DNA from: an uncultured Bacilli bacterium
GTDB lineage: Bacteria; Bacillota_I; Bacilli_A; RF39; UBA660
NCBI GenBank assembly: GCA_934098505.1
Contig: CAKOOR010000006.1
Coordinates: 19,655-83,654 of the forward strand
DNA: 64,000 nt
Direction: 5' to 3'
Each line of letters opens with the position of its first letter. The first letter of the stretch is position 1. The notes beneath the pieces were generated by a model. That model saw only the letters and a list, made by a program, of their open reading frames with translations. It was not told the DNA's origin and made no database searches. Below are positions 51,013 through 58,865 of the stretch, piece after piece. The translations under genes were made by a program, and so were the position numbers.

Positions 51013-52356
51013 TTACGCATGATATGGATTACTTGCCGTTCCATTGCCATTATTCAGAATTTCAGACTTCAGATTGAAAACTGGACGGGCACCAAGACTG
51101 ACGAAGACGGCGCCGTCGCTGCCCACAAGGCCGTCCGAACTCACGTAACGCTCAAGAGTGCCGTCTTCATCGTCGAAGCGATCAGGAGACATTGTCCAAT
51201 AATATTCACCATTATATAAATAATAGTTGTAATTTCTTGAACTCAAACTACCAGCTAAAACTACTTCATCAGTTGTAACAAGGCCAATACCATAAGTAAG
51301 GGTCCCGTTACCTTTACTAATATCAGTTACGGTAAAAGCATCATTCTTTTGTGGACACGTTAACATCATCTTATTGTTGTTAACATTAGATGAAAAATTA
51401 TACCAACGATAATCTGTTATGCTAGTTCCCGCACCCGCACCACTATTATTCGGTGCAAAGCTTCTATCATTACAGAAAAGATTATCGGCAATATACTGTT
51501 CATTAGTGGTACCTTTAATATTATTTTCGTACCATGTATCTAAATAAGTCTTAATAGTTGAATTATTAGTATTAGCATGAGTTTCTTCATAACTTGATGA
51601 ACCTGCGGTTCCATACATATAACCAATATAAGCATTATCATCACACTTATCATTAAACGCACTTGTTCCAATTATTCTATCACTACTTGACTCACCATTG
51701 ACATGAGCACTCTTACCATCATATATAACTCTTACCGTACCATCGCCATTAACGCGAATAATACGCCAATAAAAGCCAGCAAATTTAACATAATTATTAG
51801 TAACATTTCCTCGATAATAATAACTAGTACCATAAGCATCCTTCATACTACATAAATAACCATATTTACTTTCAGCCTCAGTAACCGTTGCTGTGCCATC
51901 TGCATTTACTGTTGGACAAAGTCCATAATCATCTAATGGAACTGCCACATTACCAATGTTTATTTTCTCAACATCCACAAAATAAATGTTACATTTACTT
52001 CTTTTCGTTACATTAGATATTGTTGGTCCCCAATCTTTGGCGCTCCACTCACCAACTGCACCATTATCACAAACTATTTTATCAACCTTATAACCAGTTG
52101 CTTGAGCTGGAGCATCTTCAACTAATTGACCATTGACATAATTATTAATAACAACATCGCCTCTTATAAATGGTGCAACTGTCGCTCTTACAACTTCTTG
52201 CTCTTGAGTAACAAAAAATTTAGAATAAGCAAAATAAATACCTAATATTCCGCATAAAATACATGGAACACCAATATAAAAATACCGCGAATTACTCTGC
52301 CAAAATCGTTTTAATTTTAGTTTTTTTAAATATTTATCCTTATTAAATTTTTTCAT
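51013..52356 (-). CDS. membrane-anchored surface protein, paralog 2, with a variable-region-like GC-rich C-terminal segment
   Basis: 447 aa. Same architecture as paralog 1. It ends ...LGARPVFNL...NNGNGTASNPYHA. Confidence 0.6.
   Translation of the reverse strand: MKKFNKDKYLKKLKLKRFWQSNSRYFYIGVPCILCGILGIYFAYSKFFVTQEQEVVRATVAPFIRGDVVINNYVNGQLVEDAPAQATGYKVDKIVCDNGAVGEWSAKDWGPTISNVTKRSKCNIYFVDVEKINIGNVAVPLDDYGLCPTVNADGTATVTEAESKYGYLCSMKDAYGTSYYYRGNVTNNYVKFAGFYWRIIRVNGDGTVRVIYDGKSAHVNGESSSDRIIGTSAFNDKCDDNAYIGYMYGTAGSSSYEETHANTNNSTIKTYLDTWYENNIKGTTNEQYIADNLFCNDRSFAPNNSGAGAGTSITDYRWYNFSSNVNNNKMMLTCPQKNDAFTVTDISKGNGTLTYGIGLVTTDEVVLAGSLSSRNYNYYLYNGEYYWTMSPDRFDDEDGTLERYVSSDGLVGSDGAVFVSLGARPVFNLKSEILNNGNGTASNPYHA
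51082..51192 (-). repeat. VR-like segment 2 (37 codons, ATG TCT CCT ... CGT CCA)
   Basis: Very GC-rich and adenine-poor on the coding strand (for example GGC AGC GAC GGC GCC GTC TTC GTC). It is GC-rich enough to create a spurious antisense ORF (50962..51219). Confidence 0.6.
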
Positions 52357-52442
52357 TTTTCAATACTCACATTCTAACTACAATAATTATAAGTAAAAAT
52401 AAAAGAAAATTTTGTCGAATCATAGTTTACATATATTTACAC

Positions 52443-52473
52443 TTTTCATAGAGTTGCATACTTCTATGAAAAA
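52443..52473. repeat. lox/dif-like site L: 11-bp arm, 8-bp spacer TTGCATAC, 11-bp inverted arm
   Basis: TTTTCATAGAG TTGCATAC TTCTATGAAAA. Confidence 0.7.
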
Positions 52474-52660
52474 TATAGGTAAACACTGGCTTTGAATGAC
52501 TATTTGACTATAAATTTGACGAGAATAAAAATTAATAAAATATGTTTAACAACTTTAGCAATCCTCTATAATTATTGGAAATTTTATATATTTTTATGAC
52601 GAGAAATTTGACTATAAAAAGGATTAAACACTAGTAAAAATATCTTTAAAATATACTATT

Positions 52661-52682
52661 TTTATGGTATATTTATGGTATA
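52661..52682. promoter_or_regulatory. perfect 11-bp tandem direct repeat (TTTATGGTATA x2), candidate response-regulator box
   Basis: The 11-bp periodicity is typical of OmpR/PhoB-family sites. On the minus strand it lies just upstream of a TATATT -10-like hexamer (52650-52655) facing paralog 2. Confidence 0.35.
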
Positions 52683-52709
52683 AGTTAAAAATAGATAACG
52701 TATTTTTGG

Positions 52710-52738
52710 TTTCATAGAGGTATGCAACTCTATGAAAA
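52710..52738. repeat. lox/dif-like site R, inverted relative to site L
   Basis: TTTCATAGAG GTATGCAA CTCTATGAAAA. The spacer is the exact reverse complement of the site L spacer, and the arms match site L with one mismatch. Confidence 0.7.
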
Positions 52739-52789
52739 TTTTTAAATTCATAGATTACCCAATTATTTATATAATATACAAAAAAAGTC

Positions 52790-54001
52790 CTACTTTTTAA
52801 ATAGAACTTTAAAAGTTGTAACCTTACCAACACTTTCTGCCGATATTTTACCATTATGATTAAGAACAATATTCTTAGCAATAGCAAGCCCTAAACCATA
52901 TCTATTTTCTTTCCTACTTCTAGATTTATCTAACCGATAAAACCTTTCAAATATCTTTTCTTCCTCTCCTTTAGGAATTACATCTCCTGTATCAGTAACA
53001 CTAAGTAATATATTATTACCTTGTTCCTTTAAACTAACAACAATCGTACTTTTTTTATCTGCGTGTTTTAAAGCATTATCAAGTAGAATCTCTACTAACT
53101 CATTTATCGAATAACTATCAAAATTAAACTTAATATTTTCATCGATATTACTTTCTAACTTTATATCACTCTCATATGCTTTAGCATCAAATGTTAATAC
53201 AGCAAGCTCTACAACTTTCGATAAATTATCTTCCTTTAATATATAAGTTTCTTTCTTTTCAAAAGTAGCTAACACTAATAAATTCTTAATTAAAATATTC
53301 ATCCTATTAGCTTCGCTTTTAATATTATTTAACCATTTAACTTCATTAGGATTATCTTCTAAAACTTCACTACTAGCAATAATAACTGATAAAGGTGTCT
53401 TTAACTCATGAGAAGCATCGGCTATAAACTCCTTTTGTTTTTCAAAACTACTTATTACTGGTTTAATAATCCAATTAGTTAATACCGTACTTACTAAATA
53501 AACTATAGCTTCTAATAAAACAAATAAACTTAAAGAAATCAATAAATAATTATATAAACTATTTTGAATACTACTATTATCTATAATAGTTAAATACTTA
53601 CCATTATTATAAACATAACTATATTTATTAAAATAAATATTACCTATATATTCTCTTTTAATATCATTCTTACTTAATATAGATTGTCCTAATAATTTAA
53701 TACTATCTATATCTATATTATTATTAGATAAATTAATAACTTCTTTAATACTATTATCACTATTTAAAAGAATAGTATAAATAACTTTATCCATATATCT
53801 TATATTATTATCTTTAAAACTATTATCTTTATTTACTTTATTCTTATCTTCTTCATTATTCTTAGCTATTCTTAAACTATTACTAATAATCTTATTAGAT
53901 TCTATATACTTTTCAACATTAAAGACAATAATAAAACCTAAAATACTAATACTTAAAATACTAAATATTAGAGTAAATACTTTCTTCTTTAAATCATTCA
54001 T
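52790..54001 (-). CDS. sensor histidine kinase (two TMs, extracytoplasmic loop)
   Basis: 403 aa. H-box ASHELKTPLS and an HATPase region (GLGLAIAKNIVLNHNGKI). Confidence 0.9.
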   Translation of the reverse strand: MNDLKKKVFTLIFSILSISILGFIIVFNVEKYIESNKIISNSLRIAKNNEEDKNKVNKDNSFKDNNIRYMDKVIYTILLNSDNSIKEVINLSNNNIDIDSIKLLGQSILSKNDIKREYIGNIYFNKYSYVYNNGKYLTIIDNSSIQNSLYNYLLISLSLFVLLEAIVYLVSTVLTNWIIKPVISSFEKQKEFIADASHELKTPLSVIIASSEVLEDNPNEVKWLNNIKSEANRMNILIKNLLVLATFEKKETYILKEDNLSKVVELAVLTFDAKAYESDIKLESNIDENIKFNFDSYSINELVEILLDNALKHADKKSTIVVSLKEQGNNILLSVTDTGDVIPKGEEEKIFERFYRLDKSRSRKENRYGLGLAIAKNIVLNHNGKISAESVGKVTTFKVLFKK

Positions 54002-54680
54002 TACTATACTCCAACTTATATCCCATATTTCTTAAAGACTTAATATTTACTTTAGAGTCTATAGCTTTTAATTTCTTTCTAATAAAGGATAAATATACTT
54101 CTAAGTTATTAGACTTTATTTCATTATCTAATCCCCATATTTTATTATATATTTGATCTTTAGATAAAATTAGATCTTTATTAATTATTAAGTACTCTAA
54201 TAATAATAATTCCTTATTAACTAGCAATACTTTATTATTATTATTTATACAACTTAAATAAGAAGTCTTTAAATTTAATTCTATATCTTTATAAGATAAA
54301 ATATCTTTATTAGTTTTACTACTACTTCCTTTAAGTTGAATATTAACACGTGCTACTAATTCTTCTATATGAAAAGGTTTAGTTATATAATCATTGGCTC
54401 CATTTTCTAAACCTTCTAATTTATCATCTAAAGTCGACTTAGCCGTTAACATAATAATTTTTGTATTTATCTTATCTTCTCGAAGTTTCTTTAAAATAGT
54501 AAAACCATCCATATCAGGTAACATAACATCTAAGATTATTAAATCATAAGTATCACATAAAGCTTTATAATAGCCTTCTTCGCCATTACCTTCTATTTCT
54601 ACTTGATAATTATTATTTTCTAAACTAGCCCTTATAACATCAGCTAACGCTTTTTCATCTTCAATAATTAATATATTCAT
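53994..54680 (-). CDS. OmpR/PhoB family response regulator
   Basis: 228 aa. REC domain (ILIIEDE...DLIILDVMLPDMDG) and a winged-helix C-terminus (LRNMGYKL). It overlaps the kinase gene. Confidence 0.9.
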   Translation of the reverse strand: MNILIIEDEKALADVIRASLENNNYQVEIEGNGEEGYYKALCDTYDLIILDVMLPDMDGFTILKKLREDKINTKIIMLTAKSTLDDKLEGLENGANDYITKPFHIEELVARVNIQLKGSSSKTNKDILSYKDIELNLKTSYLSCINNNNKVLLVNKELLLLEYLIINKDLILSKDQIYNKIWGLDNEIKSNNLEVYLSFIRKKLKAIDSKVNIKSLRNMGYKLEYSNE

Positions 54681-54773
54681 ATAATTACCTCACTAACTAC
54701 CATTATACTATAAATTGTTAAATGAATATTAAAATAAGCCATACTGCAACTGCAATATGACTATATTCTTTTA

Positions 54774-55973
54774 TTATTCTTTACCTAATAACCAATCAAC
54801 CACATTTATTTTTTTTATTCCATCATAATCAGTTTCTAAATCATTATCCATTGTAAGTAATACTTTAGGATAAAAATCACCTGTTTTTTGTAAAGATTTT
54901 AATTCTCTTTCTAACACTTTATCATCTCTTACACTAAGTGCTACTTGATAATACTTTAATCCTTCTCTATTCTTGGCAATAAAATCGACTTCTAAATCTC
55001 TTGTTTTACCAACATAAACAGTATAGCCTCTTCTTAGCAATTCTAAATAAACTATATTTTCTAAAATATGGCCCATATCTTGATTAGCTTTTTTACCTAA
55101 AAGAAAACTTCTAAGTCCCATATCAACACTATAAAATTTATAATTTCCTTCCAATAACTTTTTACCTTGAATATCAAAACATTCAAGCTTATATATTAAA
55201 TAGCTATTTAAAAAAGCATTGATATATTTATCAACAGTATAATAATTTATAGGCATTCCTTTACTAGTAAGAGTATTACTAATTTTATTAATTGATACTT
55301 GACTACCGATACTATCATAAATAAATTTTAAAATTCTTTCTAATTCTAATTTATCCATACTATTTTCTCTAGTCATTATATCTTTATAAACAACTGTTGA
55401 AAATATTCCATCTAAATACTTATCAATTCCATTGTAGTTAGCATCTAATAGATTGACTACGCCAGGTAAACCACCTGTTTGCATATACTCTAAAAATAAA
55501 GATTGATAATTAGTATTATTAGATACACTAACATATTCTTTAAATGATAATGGTAACATTTCTATTTTTATATAACGTCCTGATAGTAATGTAGCAAGTT
55601 CTCCCGATAAAAGAGTACTATTAGAGCCAGTTATATAGACATCAATGTTCTTTTTTATATATAAACTATCTACTACTTTTTGAAAGTCTTTAACAATTTG
55701 AACTTCATCTAAAAATACATAATATTTACTTTCATTTTTTATTAAACCATTAACATATTTATAAAATTCTTTATAATCTTGAAAATCATAATCAGCATCT
55801 TCTAAATTAATATGAATTATTTGATTTTCTTTTATTCCTTGATTTTTTAATTCCTCTATAAATAAATCAAATAATGTTGACTTTCCACATCTACGCATGC
55901 CTGTAATAACTTTTATTACATCTTTATCTTGCCATTTTTTTAATTCCTCTATATAAGTTGGTCTTTCTATCAT
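54774..55973 (-). CDS. AAA-type ATPase with DUF4143-like C-terminal domain (COG1373-like)
   Basis: 399 aa. Walker A GMRRCGKST and Walker B VFLDEVQ. Confidence 0.7.
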   Translation of the reverse strand: MIERPTYIEELKKWQDKDVIKVITGMRRCGKSTLFDLFIEELKNQGIKENQIIHINLEDADYDFQDYKEFYKYVNGLIKNESKYYVFLDEVQIVKDFQKVVDSLYIKKNIDVYITGSNSTLLSGELATLLSGRYIKIEMLPLSFKEYVSVSNNTNYQSLFLEYMQTGGLPGVVNLLDANYNGIDKYLDGIFSTVVYKDIMTRENSMDKLELERILKFIYDSIGSQVSINKISNTLTSKGMPINYYTVDKYINAFLNSYLIYKLECFDIQGKKLLEGNYKFYSVDMGLRSFLLGKKANQDMGHILENIVYLELLRRGYTVYVGKTRDLEVDFIAKNREGLKYYQVALSVRDDKVLERELKSLQKTGDFYPKVLLTMDNDLETDYDGIKKINVVDWLLGKE

Positions 55974-56100
55974 AAGATTATCACCTCTAAATTAAGTATA
56001 CAACATTTTTGATATTTTTACAATTTGTTTTAAATGATATTAATCTTATATATTTTTATTAAATGTATTTAAAACATTTTAACGTTTTTGCGCTTTTATA

Positions 56101-56140
56101 AAAAAATTAAAAAGTTGTATCACTTAATTGCTAATACAAC
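56101..56140 (-). terminator. rho-independent terminator after the PstS-like gene
   Basis: On the minus strand, the stem GTTGTAT...ATACAAC is followed by TTTTTAATTTTTT. Confidence 0.5.
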
Positions 56141-56154
56141 TAATATTTACATTT

Positions 56155-57066
56155 CTAATTTATTTCAATATAGCCAGCATTTCTTGCTATTTTCTGACCA
56201 TCACTACCAAGCATAGCATTCTTTACTTTACTAACAGCACCATTTTCTGTATCTTTTAAAGTAACAATATAATAAGCAGTAATTAAAGGATAACTTTCAT
56301 CTTTTATCGTATCGTGATTAGGACTTACCCCATCAACTGCTAAAAACTTAATATTTTCATTGCCATACATTGTTGTCGCATAGTAATAATAAGAGTAACC
56401 AATTGAATCCTTGCTATTATCGTAATTAGCAACCGCATCAATTATACCCGCCATCGAAACAATATATTCTTCGGTTTTAGGTTCTTTAATCTTTTTATCT
56501 TTCATAACTAATGAAAGCATACCGGTCTGACTACCCGAATTTTCTGGTCTTTGATAAGCAATAATCTGTGTATCATCGCCTCCAACTTGATGCCAATTAG
56601 TAATTTTATCCGTATAAATATCTTGAATCTCTTTTAAACTTAAACCATTCACTGGATTATTAATATTAGTAAAGAAAACAAAACCTTCATTAACAACCGG
56701 TGTTACTTCTAATTCTACTCCAGCCTCATTAGCTCTTTTTAACTCATCACTACTAGGTTCTGTAACAATAATTAAATCTGTTTCTCTATTAATTAACTTT
56801 GTATAAGCCGGATCAGTATTAGTATAATCTTTATTTAAATTAAAATCTTTCAAATTATCAACATAAGCATCCATTAAAGGTTGAGTAGCAAGTGAAGCAT
56901 CAACTCTTACCACAGTATCATCCTTAACATTATTATCTTTCTTAGTCTTATTATTCTTAAACCCAATCATTATCGCAAGAATAATCATTACCACTAGCAA
57001 TACAATTATTAAAATATCTATAACTATATTTTTTCTATTACTATTATTTTCCATTTTACTCTCCAA
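56155..57066 (-). CDS. PstS-like periplasmic-binding-fold protein, membrane anchored
   Basis: 303 aa. N-terminal TM. The RPENSGSQTGMLSLV and SIGYSYYYYA pattern fits PBP-like type 2 phosphate-binding-family proteins. Confidence 0.55.
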   Translation of the reverse strand: MESKMENNSNRKNIVIDILIIVLLVVMIILAIMIGFKNNKTKKDNNVKDDTVVRVDASLATQPLMDAYVDNLKDFNLNKDYTNTDPAYTKLINRETDLIIVTEPSSDELKRANEAGVELEVTPVVNEGFVFFTNINNPVNGLSLKEIQDIYTDKITNWHQVGGDDTQIIAYQRPENSGSQTGMLSLVMKDKKIKEPKTEEYIVSMAGIIDAVANYDNSKDSIGYSYYYYATTMYGNENIKFLAVDGVSPNHDTIKDESYPLITAYYIVTLKDTENGAVSKVKNAMLGSDGQKIARNAGYIEIN

Positions 57067-58768
57067 ACATTTCTTTAACTAATTCATCTCGTTTATTATA
57101 ATCATCTTTACATAAATAAACTTTCTTATCATAATATCTTAATACTACAGTATTATAATTTATATCTAAAATTAATCTATTCTTATCAGTATAAACATTA
57201 TCATAAGTAATAAACATACTATTTATTAAATCATCAACTGTCTTATATTTACCTAAATTTAACCATTCACTAGGTATATACTTCTTTAAATCAAAATCTT
57301 TCTTAATAATATCAATACTATTATATTCTTTTCCAGTACTACTTTCAATTATATAAAAATACAATCTCTTTTTATTATTATATTCTTTTAAAAAATCATA
57401 TTCTCCTATATAAGTTGAAGGTCCTGATATTATATCTTCTCTTTTACTAAATTTATTTATATAAATATTCTTTTTATTATTTACATATTCTTCCTTTTTT
57501 AAATCATAATGATAAACATTATAATAAACATAAGAATATTTACTAAAATTATAAAAACTACCATTAACACTATAAATATTATAATTACCAGTTTGTAATT
57601 CTTGCATCTCTTTTAAAACTAAATCTTTCGTAACTGGTTCTACTTTCTCTTCATATATATCAGCATCATAATCTATTAAAGTATTATCTTCTTCCTTTAT
57701 AAAATTACTATCTATATTATCTTTAATAAATTTTCTCTCTATTTGTACTTTATCATTATTATACAAATTATCTTTATTAACAAACTTATCATAAATAATA
57801 ACATTATCTACTAAATCTACCATATCTATTATAAAAGTAGCATTATTTCTCTTATTATCTAAATCTATATATACTTTACTACAACTTTTTTGATTACCTA
57901 AATCATCGTCGCATTCTTCAATATAAACACATCCGCTTTTACTATCCTTAGTAAATAAATTACAATTATCTTTATTTATATCATCAGTATCTATAGATAA
58001 AGGTGCTTTACTATCTAAGTTATCAAACATTAAATATATATATCTTGCATCAAAATAAAACTTATAATCTTTCTTATTAAACTTTGCCATTATCTTAAAA
58101 ACAAAATCTTCAACTTGACTATAATCAGGATATGGATTCTCACAAGGACCACCAGTACAGAAAAAACCAGCATCTTGGATAGCTAAATCATAAGCTTTTT
58201 TTCTTAATATTTCTTTAAGAGAATTTATATCGTAAATAACATCTTCCATTTCTAAAACATTGCCGGTATTTAAATCGATATTATAACTATTTATAGCATA
58301 ACCCCCAACATTACCTTTTATAAATTCTTCATCACGATAATTACTATTTACATATTGATTTTCCACAATTGTCACTGAAAGTATATTACTAAAACTAGCC
58401 TCTATCTTATTATATATCAAATACTTACTATTATTAGCACTTTCATCAACTTTATGTTTAATATTCTCATTTATTTGATTTTCTATCTTTTTATCTTTTA
58501 AACCATCAATTAAAATATAATATTTATTATCATTTTTCTCTAACTTATAATTTAACCCATTCTTAGTATAGGAAGTCGTAGCATCAACAATATACTTTAA
58601 ATTTTCTTTATCTATATTATATATATTGTTATTTATACTATCAATTTTAAAATCATTATTACTATTATTAGTCTTCCTAGGTCTTAAAACTAAATATACT
58701 TCTCCAAGTATAATTACTAATAATAATGTTAAAACAACCACTCTTACTATTAACCCTTTTTTCTTCAA
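57056..58768 (-). CDS. hypothetical membrane-anchored protein (possible DUF4163/DUF3298-like region)
   Basis: 570 aa. N-terminal TM. It overlaps the downstream PstS-like gene by 11 nt, so the two are likely co-transcribed. The domain guess is weak. Confidence 0.4.
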   Translation of the reverse strand: MKKKGLIVRVVVLTLLLVIILGEVYLVLRPRKTNNSNNDFKIDSINNNIYNIDKENLKYIVDATTSYTKNGLNYKLEKNDNKYYILIDGLKDKKIENQINENIKHKVDESANNSKYLIYNKIEASFSNILSVTIVENQYVNSNYRDEEFIKGNVGGYAINSYNIDLNTGNVLEMEDVIYDINSLKEILRKKAYDLAIQDAGFFCTGGPCENPYPDYSQVEDFVFKIMAKFNKKDYKFYFDARYIYLMFDNLDSKAPLSIDTDDINKDNCNLFTKDSKSGCVYIEECDDDLGNQKSCSKVYIDLDNKRNNATFIIDMVDLVDNVIIYDKFVNKDNLYNNDKVQIERKFIKDNIDSNFIKEEDNTLIDYDADIYEEKVEPVTKDLVLKEMQELQTGNYNIYSVNGSFYNFSKYSYVYYNVYHYDLKKEEYVNNKKNIYINKFSKREDIISGPSTYIGEYDFLKEYNNKKRLYFYIIESSTGKEYNSIDIIKKDFDLKKYIPSEWLNLGKYKTVDDLINSMFITYDNVYTDKNRLILDINYNTVVLRYYDKKVYLCKDDYNKRDELVKEMFGE

Positions 58769-58865
58769 AATCTCACTACCATTATAACCAGATTATATAA
58801 TAAAAATGATTAAAATTCAAAAAAAGACATATTACTCTTTAAAGCAATATAACTTAAAATATATC

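Noticed and set aside
50962-51219. 85-aa plus-strand ORF overlapping the 3' end of paralog 2
   Set aside because: It is antisense to a well-supported long gene. It exists only because the GC-rich variable-like segment lacks stop codons. It has no RBS and its sequence does not look protein-like.
52443-52738. Possibility that the repeats at 52.4-52.7 kb are a small CRISPR array
   Set aside because: There are only two copies of the palindromic unit, and they are in inverted rather than direct orientation. No regular repeat-spacer periodicity and no cas genes are present.
48858-52790. Presence of a DGR reverse transcriptase or Avd gene within the locus
   Set aside because: No ORF in or near the locus, nor any tracked ORF in the window, shows RT motifs (YxDD-type) or a small four-helix Avd-like gene. 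The DGR reading therefore stays incomplete and is reported as a hypothesis only.
52624-52887. 87-aa minus-strand ORF spanning the histidine kinase stop and the repeat region
   Set aside because: It overlaps the kinase 3' end out of frame and runs through the inverted-repeat and regulatory region. There is no RBS and the sequence is implausible.
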